Positions 17,838-26,878 of a DNA stretch of 64,000 nucleotides are shown here, one piece after another. The notes beneath the pieces were generated by a model. It had not been told where the DNA came from and made no database searches. It saw only the letters and a program-made list of their open reading frames with translations. Origin of the DNA: Spirochaetia bacterium. GTDB taxonomy: Bacteria > Spirochaetota > Spirochaetia > SZUA-6 > Bin103. The position numbers and the translations under genes are program-made. Position 1 is the stretch's first letter, and every line of letters starts with the position of its first letter. The stretch spans positions 928,001 to 992,000 of the forward strand of contig OZ241863.1 in NCBI GenBank assembly GCA_965203055.1, in the 5' to 3' direction.

Positions 17838-17993
17838 CCCAGGCGGCCTCGTCGATCTCGTAGTCGAGGAGGAGTCGCAGGCGATGGAAATGTCGCTCCC
17901 AGCCGCAGGCGTCGAGCACGGCGCGGTCCATGGCGGCGTGCAGCGCCGCGCGGTACTCGTAGTACGCCTTCCGGCGGCTTCGAGGGCGGGATC
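17838..17993 (-). pseudogene. Remnant of the Eco57I-like methyltransferase C-terminus, part A (frameshifted, internally deleted)
   Basis: DPALEAAG/AYYEYRAAL/HAAMDRAVLDA/LLLDYEIDEAAW matches 55915-56163. Confidence 0.85.
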
Positions 17994-18042
17994 GGTACCA
18001 ACAAATTGGAAATGCGCCCTGCGGGCGGGCGGGATCCGTGGG

Positions 18043-18071
18043 TTGTCAGCGTTGGGAGCGCGTGCTACCAT
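18043..18071 (+). promoter_or_regulatory. Putative sigma70 promoter of the repeat lipoprotein gene
   Basis: TTGTCA-17 bp-TACCAT with a TGn extension. Confidence 0.55.
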
Positions 18072-18117
18072 CGCGCCGTCCGGCTCGCGGGCCCAATCGC
18101 CCGGCAGCGGCCGGCGC

Positions 18118-19869
18118 GTGATCGACGGGCGGACACGCCACCGGAGGGGAATCTTGGGTAGAGCATCGCTGGGATCGCTGTTGCTGGCCGCCGGCATCGC
18201 CGCGTTGATGGCGTGCGCGCCCGCGGCGCGCCCCTCCGCCGCGCCCGCCGCCCCGGCCCAAGGGGGGGGGGGTAATCCGCCGAGCGAGCCGCTACCGCCG
18301 CCCTCGCAGCCGGCCGAGAAGACCTGGACGATCAGCGCGGCTGACTTTGGTGACGATGAACCGGACCTGACGGGCGCCGCGTCCAGCCGTTCCGCGCCGT
18401 ATGCCTGGGAGCGGCTCACCGGCGGCAAGGTGCGCGTTTCGATCGGCGGACAGGAGCTGCCGTTCACGAGCACGAGCGCCAAGCCGGTCTTCGCGTCCGA
18501 CATCTCCGGCGCGGAGTGGACGGTTGCCGCCGAGGTCCGGGCAGGCGCAGTGGTGCTGGTGCTCACCGCCCAGGATCGGTTGGTCGTCGGCGACACGGTT
18601 GAATCGGTAGACATCACCAACCCGGGGAGCGGCTACGCGGCGGACCCGACCGTGACGTTTTCGGCGCCGCCGGCCGGTACCACCGCGACCGGCACCGCGG
18701 TGAGGCCCAGCGGCGTTGATTCGGTAGACATTACGACTGCCGGGACCGGCTACACGGCGGTTCCAACCGTGACGTTTTCGGCGCCGCCGTCCGGCGGCAC
18801 CACCGCAACCGGCGCCGCAGTGGGGTCCGGGTACGTCGATTCCGTGACGGTCGGGACTGCGGGGAGCGGCTACACTTCTGCCCCTTCCGTGACGTTTTCG
18901 AGCGGCGGCGGCAACAGCGCAGCCGGCACCGCGGTGCTGCAAAGCGGCGTAGCGTCAGTGACGATCACGAACCGGGGGGTCGGCTATACCTCTGATCCCA
19001 CCGTGACGTTTGGGGCGGCGCCGTCCGGCGGCACCACGGCGACCGGCACCGCAACGCGGCGCACCGAATTGGGTCAATTGCTGATTACGAACACGGGGAG
19101 CGGTTACACGTCTGCCCCGACCGTGACGATTGGCGCTCCGCCGGCCGGTGGCACCCAGGCAACCGCAACAGCAAGTATAAGTGGCGCCGGTACAGTGCAA
19201 GCCCTGAGCTGGGAGAACCGGGGGAGCGGCTACACCTCCGCCCCTTCCGTCACGTTGTCGGGCGGAGGGGGCAGCGGTGCGGCCGCGAGGGCGACGATAT
19301 TGACGACCAGGGTAGAGGAAGTGAGGATCACGAACCGGGGGAGCGGCTACACCTCTGCCCCAACCGTCACGTTTTCGGCGGCGCCGGGCGGCGGCACCAC
19401 GGCCGTCGGCACCGCGGTGCTGCAAAGCGGCGTAGCGTCGGTGATGGTCACGACCGGGGGAAGCGGCTACACCTCCGCCCCGACCGTGGCCTTTGGGGCA
19501 GCGCCGAGTAGCGGCGCCACGGCCGCCGGAACCGCGGTCATACGCTACGGCGTAGCGTCGGTGAGGTTCACCAACCGCGGGAGCGGCTACACGTCTGCCC
19601 CAACCGTGACGTTTTCGGCGGCGCCGGGCGGCGGCACCACGGCCGTCGGCACCGCGGTGCTGCAAAGCGGCATAGCGTCGGTAAGGGTCACCAACGGCGG
19701 AAGCGGCTACACGTCTGCCCCGACCGTGACGTTTTCGGCGCCAGCCAGCGGTACCCGCGCGACCGGCACGGCACGACTGGCGGAGAGCGGCTACGATCCA
19801 TACCAGAACCTGTATTGGGCGCGCCAAACGCTGGCGGGCAAGCCGCTTCTGGTGCGGCTGGCGGATTAG
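18118..19869 (+). CDS. Surface lipoprotein with ten ~40-aa GSGYTSAPTVTF repeats
   Basis: Lipobox LMAC, Pro-rich tether, ten repeats; start approximate. Confidence 0.78.
   Translation: MIDGRTRHRRGILGRASLGSLLLAAGIAALMACAPAARPSAAPAAPAQGGGGNPPSEPLPPPSQPAEKTWTISAADFGDDEPDLTGAASSRSAPYAWERLTGGKVRVSIGGQELPFTSTSAKPVFASDISGAEWTVAAEVRAGAVVLVLTAQDRLVVGDTVESVDITNPGSGYAADPTVTFSAPPAGTTATGTAVRPSGVDSVDITTAGTGYTAVPTVTFSAPPSGGTTATGAAVGSGYVDSVTVGTAGSGYTSAPSVTFSSGGGNSAAGTAVLQSGVASVTITNRGVGYTSDPTVTFGAAPSGGTTATGTATRRTELGQLLITNTGSGYTSAPTVTIGAPPAGGTQATATASISGAGTVQALSWENRGSGYTSAPSVTLSGGGGSGAAARATILTTRVEEVRITNRGSGYTSAPTVTFSAAPGGGTTAVGTAVLQSGVASVMVTTGGSGYTSAPTVAFGAAPSSGATAAGTAVIRYGVASVRFTNRGSGYTSAPTVTFSAAPGGGTTAVGTAVLQSGIASVRVTNGGSGYTSAPTVTFSAPASGTRATGTARLAESGYDPYQNLYWARQTLAGKPLLVRLAD
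18598..19790 (+). repeat. Intragenic tandem repeats, ~120-bp period, 10 copies
   Basis: Recurrent GGGAGCGGCTACAC...CCGTGACGTTTTCG; boundaries approximate. Confidence 0.85.
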
Positions 19870-20098
19870 GCGCCGGCGGAGCCGGCCGGCGGAGCCGGCC
19901 GCCGCCATCCGTGCCGGCCTCAGCCGCCCCGGCCTCAGCCGCCCCGGCAAAGCGGGGACGGCTGCGGAAGTCGGTCGCCCTGCCGGCCCGGTGCGGGCGG
20001 CGCCGCCGCAACCCAAATGGCTGCGCCACCTTGTGGCTTGTGGCGGCGTTGCCGCGGTGCTCATTACGCGTTAGAATCCGAAGCGGCGAACGACACGT

Positions 20099-20620
20099 AT
20101 GGCGCTTAACGATGAACGGCAGCACGTGCTGCGCATGATCGAGGAAGGCAACGTCTCTCCCCGAGACGGGGCGCGGCTGCTGATGGCGCTTGGCGAGCTC
20201 GGCGACAGCGAGCCGCTGAGCGGCGAGCCGCAACAGGTGCTGCGCATGGTGGAGGAGTCCAAGATCTCCGTCGATGACGGCGCGCGGCTGCTCATCGCAC
20301 TGGGCGGAATCAACGACAACGAACCGGCGGCGCCGAGCGCGGCCCCGGCGGCGGCACCTGCTTCGGACCCGCGCGACGATGGGATGCTGGTACACATCAC
20401 CGTGAAGCGCAAGGACGGCAAGATGGTCAGACTGTCCATACCGTTGGAGGGCGCCCGCATGGTGTTGCCGCTGTTCGACCTGCCGCACGCCGCGCTGCTC
20501 GGCGAGCATGGCCGCGACGTCAACCGGATTCGAGACGCGCTGCGCTCAGGCGAGCCGGGTGAGATCATGGACTATCACGACGCGGAGTCCGGGCACAGCG
20601 TACACATCGCCATCGGCTGA
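20099..20620 (+). CDS. Protein with two SHOCT-like (YvlB/LiaX N-terminal-like) motifs
   Basis: VLRMIEEGNVSPRDGARLL and VLRMVEESKISVDDGARLL. Confidence 0.7.
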   Translation: MALNDERQHVLRMIEEGNVSPRDGARLLMALGELGDSEPLSGEPQQVLRMVEESKISVDDGARLLIALGGINDNEPAAPSAAPAAAPASDPRDDGMLVHITVKRKDGKMVRLSIPLEGARMVLPLFDLPHAALLGEHGRDVNRIRDALRSGEPGEIMDYHDAESGHSVHIAIG

Positions 20621-20721
20621 AGCCCTGCGCCGGGACGAACGGAGGCAAGCTGCTGCCACCGGGCCGATCTGCGATGATACCACCAAGCTCATTTCCAGTG
20701 CCCTTAGGCTAGAGAGACACA

Positions 20722-21345
20722 GTGCCTATCACCAGGAGCCAAGTCGATCGGAACAGCTTCAATCTCGCGTATCGGTTCCCTTATGAGCTTCGGATCAGCG
20801 ACTTCGATTCGGCGATGCAGGACGTTTATGACTTCTTCTTTGATGTCAATTCTCATTTGGTAGGCAAAGGGTTGCAGCGGCTCGACGACATGCTGCGGCC
20901 GGCAATCATGTCCGGCATGCTGTCCGACATGGTAACGGCGAGTCTGGCGAAGCACTCTCGGGTGCTTACGGAGAACACCTATTTCAACGGCCACCCCGAC
21001 CTCGTTGTACGGGGCGTCTACGCTCAAAACGCTGTCAAGGCCGGTAGCCAGGGCGTCGAGATCAAGACGACTAGAAAGAAGGGAGGCGCCGTCGACACGC
21101 ACGGAGCCCGTGATCAGTGGATGTGTGTGTTCGTCTACGATATAGACAGCGAAACGGAACCGGCGATCGACAGAAATCCGATGACGTTTACTGAAGTCTA
21201 TCTGGCCAACGTAACGGTCAATGACTTCAGAAGGAATCCAAGAGGCGAACTCGGGACACGGACCGCTACGTTGCACCGGCACGGGGTGGAGAAGCTGCGC
21301 GCGAATTGGCTCTATCGCGTACCGGGTGTCATGCTGGGCCGTTGA
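20722..21345 (+). CDS. Putative type II restriction endonuclease (PD-(D/E)XK)
   Basis: GHPDLV...GVEIK motif; lower GC; converges on and overlaps a DNA methyltransferase gene. Confidence 0.65.
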   Translation: MPITRSQVDRNSFNLAYRFPYELRISDFDSAMQDVYDFFFDVNSHLVGKGLQRLDDMLRPAIMSGMLSDMVTASLAKHSRVLTENTYFNGHPDLVVRGVYAQNAVKAGSQGVEIKTTRKKGGAVDTHGARDQWMCVFVYDIDSETEPAIDRNPMTFTEVYLANVTVNDFRRNPRGELGTRTATLHRHGVEKLRANWLYRVPGVMLGR

Positions 21346-22477
21346 CCGGAAGCTCGGCCAGGAGCGGCATCGCTCTGGCGGCCATCTCGAAATAGTGATG
21401 GTCCTTTTCGACGCCCACCGAGGCATAGCCCACGGCCTGCGCCGCCGCGAGCGTCGATCCCGCTCCGGCGAAGGGATCGACCACCACGCCTTCGCCGAGG
21501 GGCAGCACGCTGCGCACGAGTTGCCGGAGAAACGCCTGCGGCTTCAGACTGGGGTGAGGAGCGATGCCCCTCTCCCGCTTTCCGGTCGGGGCCGACCTGA
21601 TGACGTCGCCGAACGGCGACCGGTCCGACGGCCGGCGAAATCCTCCGGTACGCCATTTCCGCAGGTTGTCCTGAACCCTGCCTTCGACCGGTTTGCGAAA
21701 CAGTACCCACGGTTCCCACATCGACCTCGGCAGCACGCTGACGCCTTCGAACTCCTCGTGGGCGCCCTTGGGGCGATCCCCGCCGCGCATGGTCATGACC
21801 AGCCTGATGATCTCGCCCCTTCGTTGCAGCCCGCCGCCCGCCAAGGCCGCGGACACGATGTGCGACAGCAGCGGACTGGAGGCGACCACGACATTCGCCC
21901 CCGGTACCAGCTTCGGGATCAGAAGGCGCGTCCAGATGAAGAAGAACTCATGGAGATACTTCTTCTGCGAATCGGTCAGCGTGGTGAATCGCGGCAGCGG
22001 AGATCGCGCGTGACCGTCGAACGATGGCGGCAGTCTCCAAACTCCTCCCCGGCCTGCTCTCAGCTTCGACTGTTCTTTCGGCGTGTACTCCTGAAGCCCG
22101 TACGGCGGGTCGGTGACCACCGCATGGATCGTATTGTCTTCTCGCTCATCCAACCAGTCGAAGCAATCGCCGTGAACCAGCGTAGCCTTGCCGTGGTGGT
22201 ATGGTTCCTGCCACAGGGACAGCCCCGGCAGCAGGCGCTGCACGCCGCTTGCGGATTCCGTTCTCAACCGATAGACGCCGCGCCGTTCTTTGACGAAGAG
22301 CGAAGGAGTGTTCAGGCGCAGAAACGACCGAACGGAGGACTCGGGTGTCGGGCCGTTTACTTTGGCGACCCGCTGCGCGACCTGCTTGGCTGACAGGCCC
22401 TCGGAGGTGAGGCTCAGGATATCGAGAATCGCGTCTCGTACCTGGCCGGGAGCGTATCTGAGAGCCTGCTCACTCAT
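21329..22477 (-). CDS. Beta-class N4/N6 DNA methyltransferase with a putative N-terminal winged HTH
   Basis: VTDPPY precedes HPSLKP and DPFAGAGST; ~70-aa HTH-like N-terminal extension. Confidence 0.88.
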   Translation of the reverse strand: MSEQALRYAPGQVRDAILDILSLTSEGLSAKQVAQRVAKVNGPTPESSVRSFLRLNTPSLFVKERRGVYRLRTESASGVQRLLPGLSLWQEPYHHGKATLVHGDCFDWLDEREDNTIHAVVTDPPYGLQEYTPKEQSKLRAGRGGVWRLPPSFDGHARSPLPRFTTLTDSQKKYLHEFFFIWTRLLIPKLVPGANVVVASSPLLSHIVSAALAGGGLQRRGEIIRLVMTMRGGDRPKGAHEEFEGVSVLPRSMWEPWVLFRKPVEGRVQDNLRKWRTGGFRRPSDRSPFGDVIRSAPTGKRERGIAPHPSLKPQAFLRQLVRSVLPLGEGVVVDPFAGAGSTLAAAQAVGYASVGVEKDHHYFEMAARAMPLLAELPVNGPA

Positions 22478-22484
22478 TCGGAGG

Positions 22485-22514
22485 ATTATATGACGTCCGG
22501 ACGTCTAGGATCAA
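22485..22514 (-). promoter_or_regulatory. Methyltransferase promoter with a 14-bp palindrome in the spacer
   Basis: TTGATC-18 bp-TATAAT-7 nt-ATG; spacer contains GACGTCCGGACGTC (22492-22505). Confidence 0.75.
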
Positions 22515-22653
22515 GCGGCGGTGCCCGGTGCCCTTGGCTTGGCCGGCCTGGCCGGCCTTGGCCGGTGGCCCTTGTGAGAAGGGCGCGGATTCTGTTATAT
22601 GAGGACCTGCCGAGGCGGCGCCTTCACGTCTTGGTGCGGAGAGGCAGGAGCAG

Positions 22654-23451
22654 GTGGGTTTGGCAGAGATAGAGATCGGCGATCTTCTTGGACAGTGGGA
22701 CGGCTACGAAGTGGTGGCCGCCGCGCGGCGCCGCGGAATGGTCGAGATCGAGTTGGAACCGATCGCCGGGGAGCCTGGTATCTGCACCGGCTGCGGCCAG
22801 GAGGTGGCCGCCGTCCACGGGTACGAGCGGCGCCGGGTGCGCGATCTTCCGGTCCTCAACGCGCCGACCAGTCTGCTCCTGCGGCGGCGGCGGCTGGCCT
22901 GTCAGCGCTGTGGGCCAAAGCTGGAACGGTTGAGCTGGCTGGTCCGCTATGCGCGGGTAACCCAGCGGCTGGCCGACAACGTGACGCAGTTGTGCGCGGT
23001 GATGACGATCAAGCAGGTGGCCGAGTTCTACCGGTTGGGTTGGGACACCGTGAGGGACCTTGACAAGCGGTACCTGCAGCGTTCCTTTGGGCCGGTCGAT
23101 ATGCAAGGGGTGACCCAGTTGGTGCTGGACGAGTTCGTGCTGCTCGCCGGCAAGAAGTACGCCACGGTGATCACCGACGCGGTGACCAAGCGCGTCTTGT
23201 GGGTGAGCCGCGGGCATCGGCGCGAGAACGTGCGGCCGTTCTTCGAGGCGGTGGGCAGCGCCGGCTGCCACGCCGTCAGAGCGGTCGCAATGGACATCAA
23301 CAGCACCTACGAACAGGAAGTGCGGCGCCACTGCCCGCGCGCCAGGATCGTGTACAACCTGTTCCAGGTAGCGGCCGAGCACGGCGCGCGGCGCGATCGG
23401 GCGGACGCGCGCCGGTTGAAGCCGGGAAGCCCGCGCGGGAACGACGCATAG
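22654..23451 (+). pseudogene. Truncated ISL3-family transposase
   Basis: CTGC..RRVRDLP..CQRC zinc finger, LDEF, VAMD; canonical DRFHV reads NLFQV; ends at 265 aa. Confidence 0.85.
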
Positions 23452-23485
23452 GCCATTTCCGTCCGGTCGGCCCGGCCCGTTCGCG

Positions 23486-23515
23486 TTGACACTCCGGCCG
23501 GCGCTAGCCGATACT
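23486..23515 (+). promoter_or_regulatory. Putative promoter of the NHLP precursor gene
   Basis: TTGACA-18 bp-GATACT. Confidence 0.5.
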
Positions 23516-23565
23516 GTTTACCGCAGTGGAGTAGAACTCAAATTGGGAGGTGAAGAAGCAAGGTC

Positions 23566-23868
23566 ATGGATAGCAAAGCCCGGACCATCGACGATCTTCG
23601 AGAACACGTGGGCGAGAAGGCGACCACCGACGAAGCGTTCCGCGCTCGGTTGATCGCGGATCCAAAGGCCGCCATCGAGGAAGAACTGGGTCTGACGATA
23701 CCCGACGGCTTCAGCATCAAGGTGCACGAGGACCACGTGGACACCAGTCACATGGTGCTGCCGCCGGCCACCCAACTCACGCCGTCGGACCTGGAACACG
23801 CGGCCGGCGGAGCCGGGCAACACGCCGGCGACGCCCCCCAGACCTTCTGGGACGACCAACCCAAGTAG
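23566..23868 (+). CDS. NHLP (nitrile hydratase-like leader peptide) RiPP precursor
   Basis: KATTDEAFRARLIADPKAAIEEELG, VLPP and LEHAAGG double-glycine site; adjacent to NHLM exporter genes. Confidence 0.88.
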   Translation: MDSKARTIDDLREHVGEKATTDEAFRARLIADPKAAIEEELGLTIPDGFSIKVHEDHVDTSHMVLPPATQLTPSDLEHAAGGAGQHAGDAPQTFWDDQPK

Positions 23869-23875
23869 TAGTCCG

Positions 23876-26800
23876 TCAGGCCATCTGCCGCAGGGCCAGG
23901 TTGCGGAACGGCCCCTCCGCCTCAATCAACTCATCGAAGGTGCCGGTCTGGACTACCCGGCCGCCCTGCAGCACGTAGATGCTGTCGGCCCGGCGGATGG
24001 TCGACAGGCGGTGCGCGCTTACGAAGCGGGTAATCGCAAGGTCCGCCACGCTTTGCATCACCTGCGCCTGGCTGTTGTTGTCGAGCCAGTTGGTGGCCTC
24101 GTCCAGGAACAGGATGCTCGGATCGCGTACCAGCGCCGCGGCCAGCATGATGCGCTGGATCTGCCCGCCCGCAAACGTTCCCGAGCCGGCGACCGTGTGC
24201 ATTCCCATCGGCATGGCGGCGATGTCCTGGTCGATGGCGGCCAGGGCGGCGGCGCGCCACGCGTCCTGTTCGGTGAGATCGGTGGCCAGTCCGACGATGT
24301 TCTCCAGCACGGTGCCGGGACGCATCGACGCGTCCTGCACCACCATGCTGATTTGGCTGCGCACCGCGCGCCGGTTGAGGCGCGCCAAGTCGCGCCCGTC
24401 GTAGTAGACGGCGCCCGACAGGGGCGACTCCAGTCCCAGCGCGAGCCGGAACAGGGTGCTCTTGCCGGCTCCGGACTCGCCGACGATGGCCACGAACTCG
24501 CCCGCGCGGGCACGGATCGAGACGTCGTCGACGACCGGGGGGCCGTCGTCGGCGTAGCGGAAGCTCACGTGATCGATGAGCACGTCGCCGCTCAGATCCG
24601 GCGGCGGCTCGCCTTCCGTAGCGGCGCCCGGTACCGCCTCCAGGATCGGCGTCGCCTGCTCGTACGCGGGCAGGATGGAGGCTATCGCCGAGAACGAGCC
24701 GCCGAGCCGGGCGACCGCCATGTAAAACACCATGAAGGCGGCGTAGATGGTCAGGAAGTCGCCGGTGGCGAGCGTTCCGCCGGCGCCCAACGCGACCGCG
24801 AATACCGCCGCCACGGCCAGCAGCGGAGCCGCGGCGAGGAAGGCGCCAAGGTGTTCGCCCAGCATGCCCAGCCGCATCTCGGTCCGCTTCTGGTCCCGGT
24901 AACCCTTCGCCCATTCGGCAAAGCCGATGCCTTCCGATCCCGTAGACCGCAGCTTGCCGACGCCGTTGAGCAGTTGCAGCACGTCTCCTGCCAGCTTCCG
25001 GGTGGTCTCCAGCAGGCGCCGAATGATGGGGAGCTGCAGGATGCCGATGACTGACGTCACTCCCAGGGAGAGCGTGCCCAGCCCCAGCCCCAGCCAGCCG
25101 ATCCGGTTGTCGTAGAGAAACAGCAGAATGAACGTCGGCAGCAGGAAGATCACCGACAGGATGGCGCTGGCGACCACGCCGGAGACCTGATCGCGCAGTC
25201 CCTGCAAGGCCATGGCGCGCATCGCCAGGTCGCCGGAGGCGAAGCGGCGGAAGAACCGCTGCGGCAGACCGAGCATACGGTCCCAGACCGCGGCGCCGAC
25301 GCGGGCGGAAGCAAGCGCTTCCAGCCGCATCAGGGCCGTTCCCTGCAGGACCTGCAGGAGCGCCGTGAGGAACGCCAGCAGCACCAGCGCCAGCGCCACC
25401 TCCAGGAGCCGCCCGCCGGAGCCGCTCGGAATCACGCTGTCCACGACCGCGCCAAGCAGGATCGACGGGGCCAGCATCAGCAGGCCGACGACCATCCCGG
25501 CAAGGATGAAGCGGGCGAGCTCCCGGCCGAGCCCGCGGCATGCAAAGCGCAACAACGGGACGACGCGGACCGGTTCCTCCGGCGGCAGTGAGCGGTAGAA
25601 GAAGCGCCCCTCGGCCTCCAGGCTGCGCGCCAGGCGCGCGTCGACTCGTTCCGTGCCGCCCGTCGCCGGGTCGATCATGCGGTAGCGCCCCGACAATCCC
25701 GGCAGCAACGCTACCGGCGCGCCCGACTCGCGGCGGAACGCCAGCAGCGCGCCGCTGTCGCCGAGCCACCAGCGGTCGTCCGGGGCCAGCTTGATCTGGC
25801 GCGCGCGGACCCCCGACACGCGCTGGATCTCGGCCAGATCGAGATTGCCATCCTCGCCCTCGCGCCAGCGGGGCGGAACGCGGAATTGGATGCCCTCGTG
25901 GTCGCCGACCAGCTTGAGAGCGCTCAGCAGGGCCGACCCCTCGTCCGCGGCGAGGGGCCGGCGCGTGTCCAGGACGCCGAACAGGCTGTCGCGGGCGCGT
26001 TCCTCGCTCTGGCGCCGGTGCTGGACCTGCGCGCGCTGCAGGTTGGCCATGTCGACCAGCATCAGGCGCTGGTTCATCTCGTCGACCGACAGCGCCAGCC
26101 GATGGAACTCGGCCAGAGCGTCGAACAGCAGCCCGCGCGCTTCGAGCCCCCGGGAGGAGGTGGCCTTTACCGGGGAGGGGCTGAACAGCGTGATCCAGCT
26201 ATGGACCGACATGGGAATGAAACCGGGCCCGTCGCCGGTTGGCTCACCGGTGTCGAGGAACGCTCCGCCGTTCGGGCAGTGGGCCCAGACCACGCCCTGC
26301 CGGGTCGACAGAATCCGTTCGCTCACGCTGTCTACTTCTTCACCGGCGGTCAGGAAGCGCTCGGGGCGCGGGCGCGGCACCACCTCGCGGGCAATGGTGG
26401 CGGCGACGTCGGTGATCCAGGCGTCGACCTGCGCGGTCAGCAGCTCGGCCGCCTCCGGGGCGGTGAACGCGCTGCGCGGGACGCGGCGCAGATGCGTGTC
26501 CGGCAGCCCCTTGCCGATGTATACCGACGACGACAGGGTATCGTCGCTGCCGACGCCGAAGATCAGCCGGCCCGGCCCCGCGCGCAGGAGTTGCCTGAAG
26601 TTCGATGCCGACTCCTCTTCCGAGTACTCGGCTACGAACACGTCCACCGCGCCTTCCACGACGTACCACACCAGTTCCGGATCGGACAGGCTGATGGGCC
26701 GGTTGCCGCCGCCGACGAACTCCTCGCCCTGCGCGAGCGCGATCGTCGCGATCGGGTCCTGCGCCGGCTGCTGCGCGTCATCCTCCCTTCCGCGTTGGGG

Positions 26801-26878
26801 GCGCAGGCCGATTCCCTCATCCGTATCGATCTGATCCATCATCCTCCCTTCCGCGTTGGGGGGCGCATGCCCATTCAC
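23876..26878 (-). CDS. NHLM bacteriocin-system ABC transporter, permease/ATPase subunit without peptidase
   Basis: N-terminal domain, WW..DSGALLAF, ABC membrane domain, GESGAGKST, FLDEAT; start may be ATG 26842. Confidence 0.88.
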   Translation of the reverse strand: MNGHAPPNAEGRMMDQIDTDEGIGLRPQRGREDDAQQPAQDPIATIALAQGEEFVGGGNRPISLSDPELVWYVVEGAVDVFVAEYSEEESASNFRQLLRAGPGRLIFGVGSDDTLSSSVYIGKGLPDTHLRRVPRSAFTAPEAAELLTAQVDAWITDVAATIAREVVPRPRPERFLTAGEEVDSVSERILSTRQGVVWAHCPNGGAFLDTGEPTGDGPGFIPMSVHSWITLFSPSPVKATSSRGLEARGLLFDALAEFHRLALSVDEMNQRLMLVDMANLQRAQVQHRRQSEERARDSLFGVLDTRRPLAADEGSALLSALKLVGDHEGIQFRVPPRWREGEDGNLDLAEIQRVSGVRARQIKLAPDDRWWLGDSGALLAFRRESGAPVALLPGLSGRYRMIDPATGGTERVDARLARSLEAEGRFFYRSLPPEEPVRVVPLLRFACRGLGRELARFILAGMVVGLLMLAPSILLGAVVDSVIPSGSGGRLLEVALALVLLAFLTALLQVLQGTALMRLEALASARVGAAVWDRMLGLPQRFFRRFASGDLAMRAMALQGLRDQVSGVVASAILSVIFLLPTFILLFLYDNRIGWLGLGLGTLSLGVTSVIGILQLPIIRRLLETTRKLAGDVLQLLNGVGKLRSTGSEGIGFAEWAKGYRDQKRTEMRLGMLGEHLGAFLAAAPLLAVAAVFAVALGAGGTLATGDFLTIYAAFMVFYMAVARLGGSFSAIASILPAYEQATPILEAVPGAATEGEPPPDLSGDVLIDHVSFRYADDGPPVVDDVSIRARAGEFVAIVGESGAGKSTLFRLALGLESPLSGAVYYDGRDLARLNRRAVRSQISMVVQDASMRPGTVLENIVGLATDLTEQDAWRAAALAAIDQDIAAMPMGMHTVAGSGTFAGGQIQRIMLAAALVRDPSILFLDEATNWLDNNSQAQVMQSVADLAITRFVSAHRLSTIRRADSIYVLQGGRVVQTGTFDELIEAEGPFRNLALRQMA

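Larger units (their letters stand above)
15662..18019 (-). mobile_element. Non-autonomous TIR element, copy 1 (HNH endonuclease, small ORF and methyltransferase 3' remnant)
   Basis: Left end GGGCATTTCCAAAAATGTAGGTA; right end (reverse complement) GGGCGCATTTCCAATTTGTTGGTA; homology to 40884-42597 stops at these ends. Confidence 0.75.

Noticed and set aside
17838..17993. Diversity-generating retroelement template/variable repeat pair with the methyltransferase 3' end
   Set aside because: Differences include indels and non-adenine substitutions, and no reverse transcriptase is in the window.
15648..18035. Target-site duplication for element copy 1 (CGGGCGAGCGGGAT vs CGGGCGGGCGGGAT)
   Set aside because: One mismatch, offset 2 bp from the right TIR, longer than the 9 bp seen at copy 2, and low-complexity GC-rich. 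Suggestive but not accepted.
19870..19950. Short GC-rich tandem duplications after the lipoprotein gene
   Set aside because: Only two copies each and low complexity; no evidence of function.
22507..22653. ISL3 terminal inverted repeat
   Set aside because: No convincing matching right-end repeat or target duplication could be found.
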